A DNA stretch of 64,000 nt from Octopus vulgaris (GCA_951406725.2 OX597815.1:61628001-61692000); one strand, 5' to 3'; shown: positions 1 through 13,767, counted from the stretch's first letter. The notes: generated by a model not told the origin, from the letters alone. Made by a program: numbers and translations.

Positions 1-773
1 TGTCCCCCTCTCTCTCTTTTCTCTCTACTCATCCTCTTTTTCTCTTCTCTTTCCTCTGATTCTTTGGTCTAGTCTTCCACTACCCTCCTATTTCTTTGTC
101 TCGCTCTGCACTCACAGGTCATTCTTCGACACCCATCCCTTCTCCTCTCTGATTCCTTCTTTCTCTCTCTCTCTCTCTCTTTGTTGCGTTTGTCCCTCCT
201 CTCTCTCTCTACTCTCTCTCTCTCTTCCTTTGCTTCTCTTTCTTTTCTTTTCCCTCTTCTCTGTCACGTGACTGTTGGCCGAAATCTGCCTTTCAGCTCC
301 TGACCCTCGTCGTGTTAACATCGCTGTTTTCGTCCGCCGCTATAAAGGCTTTTTCCAATGCGCCAGAGAAAAAATTTGTTTGCTTGTTATCAGTCGTAAG
401 ACACTGTTGTTTTCACCGTTAATGCTTCTGTATTTCATGTTTCTGTATTCCATTATTGTTTTTTGTTTTTTTATATCTGTCCCTTTTGCTGTCCTGGTGT
501 TCGTATGCATTCGATCCTTCTTCCAGGAAATCTACGCTTCCAGCTTAGTTTTTCTAATGCTCGTTGCTTAGTTTTTCTTGGAGGGCTGGCCGTGATCTAG
601 TAATCTCAAGATTAATCAGCCGAAATTACTACGATGATCCGGTTCTTGACTGAAGACTGAGGGTTTCGAATGTCCTGTCCGTGTTTATTGTATCGTCTTC
701 TAAGAGTTATACGTTCTTGTCCATGTTGTATTTTTCTACATACCTTAATATATATATACACATGTGTGTGTAT

Positions 774-811
<38 letters not shown>

Positions 812-819
812 GCGTGTGT

Positions 820-976
820 TGCCAGTCCATAACAGGGTTACTCATTTACAACTGAGCAGAATGGAGCAATGTGAAATGAAATGTTTTGCTCAAGAACACA
901 CTGAGCATCCGGTCTGGGATTTGAAACCACGAACTCACGATCGTGAGTGCAGCACGCTTAACCACTAGGCTACGTA
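820..976 (-). mobile_element. tRNA-derived SINE 5' fragment
   Basis: TAGCCTAGTGGTTAAG...GGTTTCAAATCC; TTGAGCAAAACATTTCATTTC body. Confidence 0.65.
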
Positions 977-1025
977 CGTTCACACACACACACACGTGTG
1001 TATATACGCACTCATACACACACAC

Positions 1026-1126
1026 ATGTCTCTGATAAAGGACAATTTCCGAAACGTTAAAAGACCTCTTGACATGAGAACGGTAAACTTTCTTCTTCCC
1101 GTTTTATCCCTTTTATGTTTATTGCG

Positions 1127-1130
<4 letters not shown>
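1026..1130 (+). mobile_element. PLE-type terminus with degenerate hammerhead
   Basis: GTCT-CTGATAA-AGGACAATTTCC-GAAA-CGTT..AGAC, then T-rich tail into (TA)n. Confidence 0.5.
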
Positions 1131-1193
<63 letters not shown>

Positions 1194-1198
1194 ATGTG

Positions 1199-1237
<39 letters not shown>

Positions 1238-2364
1238 GCACGTGAGTATGTGTGTGTGTGTCCGCGTGTGTATGTCCGTTTGTGTGCTCAAGCGCGTATG
1301 TATTTGCACCTGTCTAAATGTCGGTGTTTTTCATGTGTCCCTCGATGTTTCGAATGCACGCCCACAGACGATTGAATAAACCCAAGAAGAGAATATTTAC
1401 GCATGTTGGGGCTTGTATGTGTTTGTGTTTATGTCTGTGTATGCGTGTGTGTGTGTGTGTGTGCGTTTGTGTGTGTGTAGGCTTAAGGGGAACAGTTTGT
1501 TACCATGTGTGCCGATTCATCTGTGAATGTGTGTCTACGTGTATATGGATTATGTGCATGTATATGTGAGTGTAAATACGTGATGGCTGCGGTTTTCCAA
1601 CATGCGAGCTCTGTGCGTATGGTTACATATATCTTTAAGTTTCTATTTGTGTATGTGCGTGTGTGTATCTGTGTGTGTATGTGTGTGTGCATGTGTGCGA
1701 TGTATTTTTGTCCGCGGAGGCGGAAGGATTCATAAAAAGATTCATACACACACACACATGTATATATGTATAGGTATATAATTATATGTAATATGTAAGG
1801 ATTTACATTATATGTGCATGTGTCAATGTGCGTGTGTGTGTGTGTGTGTATGTTTGTGCGTGTGTTTGTGTGTGTGTGTGTGTACGTGTGTGTGTGTGTG
1901 TGTGTATGTATGTGTGTATGTGTGTGTTTGCCTGATCATTAGTGTGTAAATGGTGATTGAGGGAGGGCTGGATGAGTAAGTATGGCGGAGAGACAGCAAC
2001 GATAAAAAAAATAACTAAAAAGTAAATAAACAAATGAAGAAATAAATAAACAAATAAAAACAGCAAAGTACAAAAACACAGACATGTTGGGAGTGGCAGA
2101 TAGAAGAGTGATAGAAAGAGGAGCAAAGAGGACGTCATGGTCGTCGTCATCAACATCGCCGCCAGTGTCGTCATTATCGTTTATTATCATCAGCATCATT
2201 ATCGTTATCATCATCGTCACCATAATCAGTGTCGTTATTATTATCAGGCAGAAGAAAAATATGAAAATAAGAAACAATAAGATAAAAATATAATGAAATA
2301 AAAATATAATAAAGCTTCTGTTGTTTCGTCTACTTTTTTCTGTTCATGGCGTCAAATAACACGT

Positions 2365-2444
<80 letters not shown>

Positions 2445-2490
2445 CATAAATGTGTGTGTGTGCGTGTACGCACGTGTGCGTTGTGCTTCT

Positions 2491-2687
2491 GCTAACACCA
2501 GCCGTTTTTTTCTCTATCTCCGTTGCCCGCTCCGGGATCTTTCTTTCCTCTCTCTTCCTTCTTTATGTTTCCGACGAAGAGCTCCGCTCGAAACGTCATA
2601 CCTCCCTGCTTCCATTTCCTGAGCGCCTATTAATAATAATACTGTAATTGTTCCCTTGTTGTTGTTTTTTTGTTTCCCGTTTGGATT

Positions 2688-2693
<6 letters not shown>
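2491..2693 (+). mobile_element. Non-autonomous PLE-type element, 3' end (family H1)
   Basis: Near-identical reverse complement of 8631-8832; contains GACGAAGAGCTCCGCTCGAAACGTC; ends at (TA)n. Confidence 0.7.
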
Positions 2694-2737
<44 letters not shown>

Positions 2738-3396
2738 TTATAGCTATATATACACACGAGTTTTACACACACCCATATATACGTATATAAATATGAATAT
2801 ATATAAATAAATAAATATATATATATATATATATGAATATAAATATATGCGTATATATGTATGTGTGTATATACAAATTTCATTCTTTTAATGGTTTCAA
2901 TCGTTCTACTGCGGCCATGCTTCAGCACGCCCCTCAAGAGTATTTAGTTGACCATATTAACGTTTACTTATTTTTAGTCTGACAAGTACGTTCATACAGT
3001 GGATGCATACATACATACATACATACATACATACATACATACATACATACATACATACATACATTATAGAGTAATTATATTTCATAAACAGGAAGTTTAA
3101 AAAAAAATTTTTTTCGCTATTATTTATTCGCTATTACACATGTTTTATTTGCTAATATAAATTTTTCAGGCAACTATCAAATATTATTTGACTTGCAATC
3201 TGAAAAATTTCCAATAGGAAATTTGTTACATGCTTATCCAACGTGTAAAACTATGTAATTCCCATTTTCAAATGAAACACGCGTAATGGTGAATAGATAA
3301 TACCTAATATAACTCCTGATTTTGAAATATTTTCGTATAAATTTAAAAGTATAAAGGCAGACAAAGAAATAGATAGATGGATAGATAGATAGATAA

Positions 3397-3492
<96 letters not shown>

Positions 3493-3559
3493 AATCAGCC
3501 TCAGTGGTTTCTTTCGAAATATGTCTTAGACCAAACGACAGCCAGAAGATATGTAACCT

Positions 3560-4526
3560 TAGATGATTAACTAATCTAAATGTATTGAAGAAAACATCTT
3601 CCACACTAAAATGTAGGCTGTATAGAGATGACGGGCTAGCAATATATCAATTCAGTAATGGATATTCTTCAGATACCGCAAGGAAAGATGTCATCAACAA
3701 TACTTTGGGTCGAAAATAACAATTCAAAAATAAGAATTGCAGCTAGTTTAATCATTAATATATTTTTTGTTACTCCCAATTCAATTACAAATCCAAGTCT
3801 AGCGAAAACCTTATATATGTCAAACCAGACTCCTGTCACTCTCGCATAGTTTTCAAAAATGTAGTAACTAACATTAGTAGAAGGTTATCTCATTTGTTAT
3901 CTAATAATAGTATCTTTGTTAATTTGGGCCTCTGCCATAACAAAGCCATAGAAACCAGCAAATTAAGTGAAAATATTAATCACCTACTATCCTGAATCAA
4001 GAAGAGATGCAGAAATATCAACTGGTTTACCTCTCTTTTCTCATCAAAAGACACATCCGCCATTGCGAAAGGCATTCTAGCCTTTCTTGGTAAAATGTTT
4101 ACCCGACAATCCTTAAGACAGGAAAGTTTTCAATACTAATAACCATACAATTCATGAAGAACCATACAATTCATAGAACACTAAAACCAGCCGAGGCGAA
4201 CTGTATATGTAAGCAATAAAATTTAAGTATACTCAACTATCCATATAATGCCGAGGCTATCGTATATGAAGCAGAAGTCACATCCACCAAAACAAAGCTT
4301 AATATAGTACACGAAAAATTTTAACAGCATTACCTTAATCAAACTTGTCCCTTTAAAACTATTGAAAAAAAGAAATGCAATGAAATTCTCACTACAGCGG
4401 GCAATTAAAAGTAAATGCGACTCACTATAATATCATTGAAGACGCGAAATTGCGTTTGACTCTCTGGCTGATAACTGATGAGGATTTGGTGACCTGCTGT
4501 GCCTGTTTTCCATTTGTTTGTGCATT

Positions 4527-4530
<4 letters not shown>
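3560..4530 (+). mobile_element. Highly degraded Penelope-like element (second family)
   Basis: LYRDDGLAI at ~3618; YVKPDSCHSRIVFKNVVTNISRRLS; WFTSLFS...IAKGIL; IVYEAEVTS; CTGATGAG remnant at ~4485 before (TA)n. Confidence 0.7.
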
Positions 4531-4565
<35 letters not shown>

Positions 4566-4904
4566 ACTCACTATAATCATGATTGGGTGCACATTGGGAG
4601 GTTGAGACTAATACAGCAACAGGAACCGATGATGTAATCTATGTACCATTAAAAAGAATTTCATCATTGAAAATCTTCGAAATTCTACTAGCCTTTCTGA
4701 ACGATTTGGTGAATGCAAACATTTTGATAAACATTTATCGAAATTCATTATATCGCTATCAGACCACCAACCTCCTTATACAGTCAAGCAATTTACCCAC
4801 TTCCTTCTATCATCAAATCTTCCACACACTTAGACTTGTTGTTTAATGCATTTGCGGAATATGAGTATTCACATGAATAAATACTTCAATACTTTATCTT
4901 TTAT

Positions 4905-5205
4905 CTTTTGTCTTTTACTTGCTTCAGCCATTAGACTGCGGCCATGCTGGGACAATACCTTGAAGAATTTGTTTTTAGTCGAATGAATCGACCCCAGGAC
5001 TTATTTTTTTTAAGCCTGGTACTTATCGGTTTGTTTTGCTGAACCGCTAATTTAGTTGTCAAGCTGTGGTGATGAGCAGGGTGGCTTCTTTTCAGTTTCT
5101 GTGTACCAAATCCACTCACAAGGCTTTCGTCGGTCCGCGGCTATAGTAGAAGACACTTGCCCAAGGTGACACACTGTGGGACTGAACCCAGAACCATGTG
5201 GTTGG
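4905..5205 (-). mobile_element. SINE family 1, deleted copy (further remnants at 2880-2960 and 5365-5560)
   Basis: GACTGCGGCCATGCTGG tail and CCAAATCCACTCACAAGGC head motifs. Confidence 0.8.
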
Positions 5206-5584
5206 GAAAGGACGCACATAAATACTCTAACACTAGACAGCAACGTACTTACTAAACTTCCGGGAAGTCTTTTCTCAGATTTTCTTATTTAACCCTTCAT
5301 TTCCCGGTCCCCTATTTTATTCATATAATCTTTTAGTATTTATTATTTAAATCTTTTACCTTTTATCTGTTACTTGTTTTTAGCCATTAGACGACGGCCA
5401 TACGGGATCACATCCTAGAAGACGTTTAGTCAAACAGACCAAGTCCCGTGCGTATTTTTTCTGAGTTTGCTACGTATTCTGCCAGTCTCTGTTCCTTGAA
5501 TCGCTTAATTGCGGGTCCATAAAAAAACCCAACACGGGTTGTCAGGGGATGAGGGGGCCGAACATAAACACAAGGACATGCAAG

Positions 5585-5633
<49 letters not shown>

Positions 5634-5954
5634 TTCAAATTTGCAGAAAACAAAAGACGAAGATAAGTGTAGGAACTACAAGAAGGTGTATTAGTTTAAC
5701 GCTCGCGAAAAGGGAAAAGTCTTTTACGTTTCTAGCCTACACTCTTCGACAGAAAGGATTAAGAGGACAACAAAAGGGAGAGAGAAAAGATGTGTGGAGA
5801 TTAAAAGTATATACATACATAAATACATACATACACTCATATATATATATATGTGTATGTGAGTGTGTAGATGTATGAGAGGGAGAAGAAACATACTTTT
5901 TCATCCACATTCAAACACGCATTTTAGTCTGTCGCTGGGTTAATAGCGGCAAAT

Positions 5955-6035
<81 letters not shown>

Positions 6036-6473
6036 ATGTCTGTTTGTGTGTGTGTAATGACAAAGAGAGGGAGAAAGAGCAGTTAAATCCAAACTGTAAC
6101 GTGTTGAATGGCCGTTGTTTTTTTTTAAATAAAACTAAAATAATAACAAACGGTCTTTTCTCCTTGGTACGAAAATAATGCAAGGCGGGCGGAATAAATA
6201 AAGTCTATTTTATTAGTTACTGTGCTCAATACAAAACTAGTTTCACGATTAATGTACAAACTAGATAAATCAATTTTAAAAAATTAATTTAATTTAGAAA
6301 TACATTTTCCGATCTTCAGTTGTATATACCATATTTTAGGAAAAAATATAAATAACTACGAAATATATTTACGTTCATTTATCCACATCAATTCGTAACC
6401 CAAGGTATTCAGCATATTGAAAAAAGTAAGAGGGAGAAGAAACGTCTTTATATTATATTATATTATATTATAT

Positions 6474-6566
<93 letters not shown>

Positions 6567-6669
6567 TGTATGTATGTATATTATACATATATATATATGT
6601 ATGTATTTATGTATGTATGTATGTATGTATGTATGTATGTATGTATGTATGTATGTATGTATGTATGTA

Positions 6670-7436
6670 TAGACAAAAACTAAACGGACGGGAAATTAAA
6701 CAACGACACAATACACGGAATATTCGCAGTTGAGTTTTCCTCTTCAGTCAAAGGCGCAAAATATAGCAGTTTCACGCAAGTAACCCTATCTCCACTCTTA
6801 TTCTATATTTTCTCCACTCTTTCTCTCTCTGTCTCCCTTTCTTTTTCGCTCTCTCTCTCTCTCCCATTTCCCCCTCTCTTTCTACTTCTGCTCATTCATT
6901 CTCTCTCTCTCTGTCGCCCCTCTTTCTCTCTCTCAACACTTCCTCTCTCATACCATGCGATCGGTACCCGGTAAAAGCAGTGTCGTTCTTTTTCGCCTTG
7001 CCTTTGACCAGACTGGTCATGCTGGCCCCGGGTCCGCAACGTCTGTTCTGTCCCCTAGGGCTTACTCTATTTCCTCTTTGCGCAACCCCATTCAGTTCGT
7101 TCGACAGCTGCAAAGATCTTTCTGTTGTATTTGTGGTATATGTGTAATTATTATTTTTTTCTTCGTCTGTATATAGCCATAAAGCTTCGTGCTGTTATAT
7201 ATGCATAATTCGTTGTCTTTTGTATTTATGATATAATGTCTTGTTTGTTTCTGTCATAACTAGCTTTATCCCAGTAGCTTAATAAAAGCACTGGCGCCTG
7301 CAAAATCGAGTAGTATCAAAGGTAATTGGTGTGAAACTGCTATGATATTTTGCGCCTTTGACTGAAGAGGGAAACTCAACTGCGAATATTCCGTGTATTG
7401 TGTCGTCTAATTTCTCGCCCAATTAGTTTTCTTCTA
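6670..7436. mobile_element. ~770-bp element with ~105-bp inverted termini
   Basis: 6670-6775 is the near reverse complement of 7331-7436 (core ACGACACAATACACGGAATATTCGCAGTTGAGTTT.CCTCTTCAGTCAAAGGCGCAAAATAT). Confidence 0.75.
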
Positions 7437-7533
7437 ACATTTCTCTTCAACCCTTGATACATCCATATAGCGCAATGCACATCACTTTTTTTTACTTTAT
7501 GTATGTATATATATGTATGCATGTATATGTATG

Positions 7534-7571
<38 letters not shown>

Positions 7572-7599
7572 GAGAAAGAAGCAACAAGAATGGATTGGT

Positions 7600-7690
7600 T
7601 TTTAGTACAATTGTTTCATACAAAGACAGGCTTTATTACAAGTTACAAAAATTGCAGCAGATAAAAGTGTCCCGTACTCATCAGCTAAAA
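7600..7690 (-). ncRNA. Type I hammerhead ribozyme motif with intact core in a ~215-bp PLE-type terminal fragment (7571-7785)
   Basis: TTTTAG-CTGATGA-GTACGGGACA...TGTCTTTGTAT-GAAA-CAATTG-TA^CTAAAA: 6-bp stem I, extended stem II, palindromic stem III (ACAATTGT). Confidence 0.8.
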
Positions 7691-7780
7691 TACATTTGAG
7701 TTCCCTAGACATCTTAGTGGGTGAGGTTATACTCATGAAATATTGGAGATAGTTCCATTAGAGGCAGATATAGGTTGTAA

Positions 7781-8200
<420 letters not shown>

Positions 8201-8407
8201 TATATATATAGTGAGAATTTACAGAAAAACAAAAGACAGAGGCAGGTGTGTAAACAACAAACAAATGTACTAGTTTAACGCTCGGGAAGTGAGAAAGTCG
8301 TTTACATTTCGAGCCTACGCTCTTCGACAGAAAGGAACACAGAAATAAACAGGGAGAGAAAATAAAAAAGGTTTAGTGGCAAGCAATCTATTATGGCGAA
8401 TATATAT

Positions 8408-8556
8408 TGGCTGTGTGGTAAGAAGCTTGCTTACCAGCCACATGGTTCCGCGTTCAGGCCCACTCCGGGGTACTCTGGGCAAAGTGTCTTCTACTATAGC
8501 CTGGGTCGACCAAAGCCTTGTGAGTGGATTTGGTAGACAGAAACTGAAATAAGCCC

Positions 8557-8636
<80 letters not shown>

Positions 8637-9349
8637 AATCCAAACGGGAAACAAAAAAACAACAACAATGGAACAATTACAGTATTATTATTAATAGGCG
8701 CTCAGGAAATGGAAGCAGGGAGGTATGACGTTTCGAGCGGAGCTCTTCGTCGGAAACATAAAGAAGGAAGAGAGAGGAAAGAAAGATCCCGGAGCGGGCA
8801 ACGGAGATAGAGAAAAAAACGACTGGTGTTAGGAGTTACACATGGTGAAAGGCGGATGTTTACGATAACAAGAGCAAAGTGGGTTTTTAAAGGCAAAAGA
8901 GTGGAGACAAGGTTGGTAACGCAACAGATGTGTGTGTATGTGTGAGTGTGTGCGTGTGCGTGTGTGTATGTGTGTGTGTGAGGCGAGATAAAAAAACAAA
9001 AAATATATGTATGTGTTAGTGTGTGCGTCTGTGTGTAGGCGTGTGAGGTAGGGCGAGACGGTGGTCAGCATAGCAGCAGCATAGCAGACAAAGGTCAGTG
9101 GTAAGAAAAGGGAGGAAGGAGGAAGGGAGGGAGGGGAAGGGGTGGGGGCGTATGTAGCGTGCCAGCGTGTGTTGAGTAGTAGTGTGTGTGTGTGTCCAGT
9201 GTCGTGGTAGTATTAGTGGCGAGTAGATTGAATGTGTGTAAGAGTAATGTATATGTTTAAGCAATGTGTGTATATGTGTGCGCGGGTGTGTAACGAAAAA
9301 AAGGGGGGGGGGTAAGGAAAAGGACTCCAGCGGAGGGGAAGATGGAAGA

Positions 9350-9386
<37 letters not shown>

Positions 9387-9620
9387 GTGTGTGTGAGTGT
9401 GTGTCTGTGTTTATGTGTGTGTGAGTTTGTCTCCCACACCATCGCTTGACAACCGATGGTGGTGTGTTTACGTCCCCGTTACTTAGCAGTTCGGCAAAAG
9501 AACCGATAGAATAAGTACCAGGTTTACAAAGAATAGGTTTTGGGGTCGATTTGCTCGACTAAAGGCGGTGCACCAGCATGGCCGCAGTTAAATCACTGAA
9601 GCAAGTAAAAGAATGAAGAA
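8408..9620 (+). mobile_element. SINE family 1, split by an H1 insertion
   Basis: Head at 8408-8557, tail at 9386-9620. Confidence 0.75.
8631..9352 (-). mobile_element. Longer copy of family H1, inserted in the internal microsatellite of a SINE
   Basis: Shares ~200 nt with 2491-2693; flanked by (TA)n; SINE head at 8408-8557 and tail at 9386-9620 lie on either side. Confidence 0.65.
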
Positions 9621-9671
9621 TATATATATATATATATATATATAATGTATGTATGTATGTATGTATTATAT

Positions 9672-10195
9672 ATATTGCCAACGAGATACAAGTTTGTTTT
9701 TTTCCAGTAACATAAAAATCTGCAATTCTGGAGTTGATGAACACTTTGAACGCACTTTCTGCATCGGTTTGATTTTTAAATTCTTTTTCTCGCAGGAAAC
9801 CTTCATGGTACTTGAAAAAGAGGTAGTTGATAGGAGAAAGGTCTGGGGAATAAGCTGGGTGGAGAAGAACTTCGTAGCCAAGTTCCCTCAATTTAGTGAA
9901 GTGTGTCGTTGATCATCGTCATGTTGACCATTCAGGGACGGAGGAGTAGCAGTTTTTCATTCATTTTGGCAATTTCATGGTATTGTAAGAAGTTATAGTG
10001 GATGAGTCCAGCAGTACACAACCAAACAATCACCACAACCATCTGTTTGAAGAGCTTGTGTTTATGTAAGTTTTTCCGTGCTTCATTTTGGTCAAACCGC
10101 TGCGAAAAACGCTTTTTTTTTTATTATGGTACAGAATCCTCTTTTGAAGTTGAATAACAATATTGCTCGAATATCGCGCTTTGACAGTTCCATGC
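9672..10195 (-). mobile_element. Internally deleted mariner transposase pseudogene
   Basis: N-terminus MELSKRDIRAILLFNFKRG at 10193; VVIVW..AGLIHYNFL; C-terminus LGYEVLLHPAYSPDLSP...FF and KLVSRWQ. YSPDL is the mariner signature. Confidence 0.88.
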
Positions 10196-10338
10196 TTATT
10201 ACATTATTTACATTATTTACATTTGACAGATATTTGTCCTCAACTTGTTTGTTGTTAACACCTCCATCAGGTGTCTTGGAGAAATTTCGAACCTGGGTTC
10301 TCATTCCTAAGGTATTTTTCGATGTTGTTGTTGTTGTT
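10196..10338 (-). mobile_element. PLE terminal-repeat remnant with deleted hammerhead core
   Basis: Minus strand: (AAC)n...GACACCTGATGGAGG...AATGTAAATAATGTAAAT tandem end; adjacent to PLE RT pieces. Confidence 0.55.
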
Positions 10339-10560
10339 AATCTTAGGGAGACCGTACATGTGTGGTAGTGTACTCTAGTGTTGAGTCAGTTGTCTATACG
10401 TCATTGGTGTAAAGTGATCCTTGTTTTTGATCAAGATCTGTGACAACTTTCTCTCTGTTTTCAGAGTTGGATCTTTCTTTACTTTACTCTAGCTACCATT
10501 ACTTATAAGACTTGCTAATTTTTCCGAGATTCACAAGGGTGGTATTCCATTAAGACTTAT
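10339..10560 (-). mobile_element. Inverted N-terminal segment of a PLE RT
   Basis: Minus strand reads KVKKDPTLKTERKLSQIL...PHMYGLPKI, the DPT and YGLPKI motifs that precede PLE RT cores. Confidence 0.8.
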
Positions 10561-10579
10561 AGTTAGCTGTAGAGGTTCA

Positions 10580-11860
10580 GCATGTCATCCACTGAGCCGC
10601 TTCCTTGTGGATATAAGCAGTCCATTAGCAGGAAAGTCAGCATCGTTCGTGAAGAATTCCACCCACTTCACAAAATTGATCAAGGATACCTCAATTGAAT
10701 CCAACCAGACGGTGAGTCTAGATGTGATAAGTCTGTTCACCCAAGTCCCAACTGGTGAAGCACTATCGGTGATTCAAGAGGAACTAGTGACAGACACCCA
10801 TCTAAACGAACGCACTAGTATACCAATAAGAAATTTGGTGGAAATGTCAACCTTCTGTATAGAAACCACCTATTTCAGTATGGACACTGATATATATCGA
10901 CAAGAAGAGGGTTTAGCTATGGGTTCGCCATTATCAACGATAATAGCTAATATATTTACACTTTATAATATATATACACTTTTAGAATTTGGCATTAGGA
11001 TCAACACAGTAAAACCAACCCTATGGCTGCGATATGTTGGTGACACCTTTATACTCTGGCCCCACCAGGAAGATGTCCAAGTGCCGTTAGATCATGTGAA
11101 CTCAATAAAGCCATCCACACAGTTCACAATAGAAAAGGAAGAAGACAATCAGCTAGCATTCCTGGACGTATTAATAACACGCACCAAGTATGGGTTCAGG
11201 ACATCCGTATACCGCAAGCCGACCTTCACTGGACGATACTTTAACTTCAATTCCCACCATCCATACAGTGTAAAGAGAGGGATTGCTCAGTGCCTAAAAC
11301 ATCGAGCAAAGAATATAAGTAGCGATCGTGATACCCGCCACGAAGCAACAACTACCCCCAAAACATACTATCCACTTCAATTATGAAGACGAGAGAGGAT
11401 GAGGCCAAAAAACTGTCCACAGTCTGTCCACCCTATGTGAAAGGCCTCGCCGAAAAGATAAAAAAGATAGAAAAGATATGCGGCCCATATGAATTCAGGA
11501 CAGCATTCAAGAGTAATACGACACTTCGCAAATATCTCCTTCGAAAACCAATAATACAAGAGAATATAACCAATAACTGTGTGTACTCCATCCCATGCAG
11601 CTGTGATAAGTCATATAAAGGCGAAACATGCCGCCCCCTCAAGATAAGGGTAGACGAACATCGCAAAGCTGTGGCGCGAGGACATTGATAAATCGGGTAT
11701 AGCTGATCACGTATGGAAAAATGGAGACCACCTCCTCCTGTGGGATGAAGTTAAAATAATAGACAGAGAACACCACTGGAAAATACGAAAACTAAAAGAA
11801 GCATCACATATGCTAGGACACAACAACCTCCAAAGCAGACCAAGTGCAGATATGAACAGC
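10580..11860 (+). mobile_element. Penelope-like element pseudogene: RT plus GIY-YIG endonuclease
   Basis: RT motifs SLDVISLFT, GLAMGSPLS, LRYVGDTF (YVDD degraded), FLDV, YRKPT. Endonuclease VYSIPCSCDKSYKGET..RVDEH, then IADHVW...RKLKEA. Frameshifts and stops present. Confidence 0.92.
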
Positions 11861-12039
11861 ATATTTTTAATGTTTAAAAACTTTTCAAAACTCTGCAAAA
11901 ATCCGGTACAAATTCTTCATGGTTCAAAACGTTGCTTATTTTTTACATATATATATATATATATATATATGTAGGTCCCGGGTTGATTCGGGGTTAACCA
12001 CAGTAAGTAAGGTACTCAATACATAGCAGAGTAAAATTA

Positions 12040-12159
12040 ATTTATTATATAGAAGGAGTTCTACAGGACTAGTACTGTTTCATTCAAGAGAAATCTTCAG
12101 GAAGCATTTCTCTTGAATGAAACAGTACTAGTCCTGTAGAAGCTCCTTCTATATAATAA

Positions 12160-12161
<2 letters not shown>
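12040..12161. repeat. ~55-bp-arm palindrome with 11-nt spacer
   Basis: ATTTATTATATAGAAGGAG.TTCTACAGGACTAGTACTGTTTCATTCAAGAGAAAT and its reverse complement, with one indel. Confidence 0.9.
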
Positions 12162-12194
<33 letters not shown>

Positions 12195-12756
12195 ATTATA
12201 TAGTTTATAAAAGTGCCCATTTTATTATTTTTTTTTTTCCTTTTGATCTTCTCAGTTTTCGCTTTCTTTTATTTCTTTACAGAGAAAGAAATTATATTTA
12301 TATAAATTGTATTCATATCTATTAATTAGAAATCGTAACCCTTACGGCATTCATAATCCACAATGCAAGCAATTATCGCGCAATTTTTAAGATCTGAAAA
12401 TTACTTGTCAAATACATTATCTCACGACGACGTAACTAATTACCGAAATGAACACAATACTCAGAGAAGCACTGCATATATTTAATAGCAGTTTCTAACA
12501 CTTTAATCGTGGCACCCAGTTTCTTACTGTTGCTCTTAGTCAAACCTGATAAAGAAAACCTATGACAAAAAAATACGTTCCACATGACAAGCATCTTGGG
12601 GATTTGTAGGAATAAACTAATATAATTTTTCTCTTTCATATTGGTTCTGCATTTCTCATAAAACGCAAGCAAAGTCTGATGATCTGAACACAAGAGGGCA
12701 GCTGTGAACGCGCCTCGTTATTCGTATTATTACCATCATCATCATCATCATCATCA

Positions 12757-12814
<58 letters not shown>

Positions 12815-12829
12815 TTATTATTATTATCA

Positions 12830-13425
12830 TTATGAGTGAGAGAGCAGTGCATGCCATCAAAGTGACACTGGGGTTAAATATACAAAGTCCAGTACACCCA
12901 TCATGACTACCTGTCTGATAAGGGTACACCAGGCGCATGCATCACAACCATAATGTGAGCGACATTGTGATCTCATATCAAGATAAACAGCGCATGACCT
13001 TGCAGGTGGGGCCCAGTTAGAATTTTCTTCTGGTCGAGTAACCCATCCCGCTCAAAAGGTCCTTGAATAAGGATTGTTTAAGGATGTTGAACAAAGCACC
13101 CATATTTCCAAAGGTGAATTATCCAAACCTCAAAGAATTCCTTTCAACACACGGCTATGATGCTACCCCACTACTTTTACTCGTGATCAGAGATGCACAT
13201 ATCGTCAACCACCAAGGGACATGGTCAACTGGTTAAGGTCAAATAACTGACAAGCAAATCTGTGATATTGAGCAGAATATTTGCTGTAGCCCGTAACTCT
13301 CAGGGAGATTCAGCGTGACACAGGGTGTAACAAGGATAGCCCTTTGAAATACAGGTACTATTCATTTTTTTGAACTCACTACCTTACGATCGTGAAACGA
13401 ATACCTTAACCACTATGCCACGTAC
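12830..13425 (-). mobile_element. tRNA-derived SINE, family 4, ending in an (AAT)n/(GAT)n tail
   Basis: Head GTGGCATAGTGGTTAAGGTATTCG...GAGTTCAA; trinucleotide tail at 12725-12830. Confidence 0.65.
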
Positions 13426-13518
13426 CTTCACTATTATTATTATTATTATAGATGGGAAAAACACACACACACACGCACAAACGCACATACACACACACAC
13501 ATACACACGCACGCACGT

Positions 13519-13572
<54 letters not shown>

Positions 13573-13767
13573 ACACACATACAGTGAAAATCTACTACCC
13601 AGGGTTTCGTGGTTTGAATATTAAATCTATTTCGCCATTTTTTAAGCTTGTAATATCAATAAAATGTTTTAGTAAATGCGTTTGATGTAAGCGAGATTTA
13701 AAGGAGCACGCATGGACTGAAAAAGACAGAGCGTGATCAAGGGGAGATTATTCAGTGAACAGTAAAT

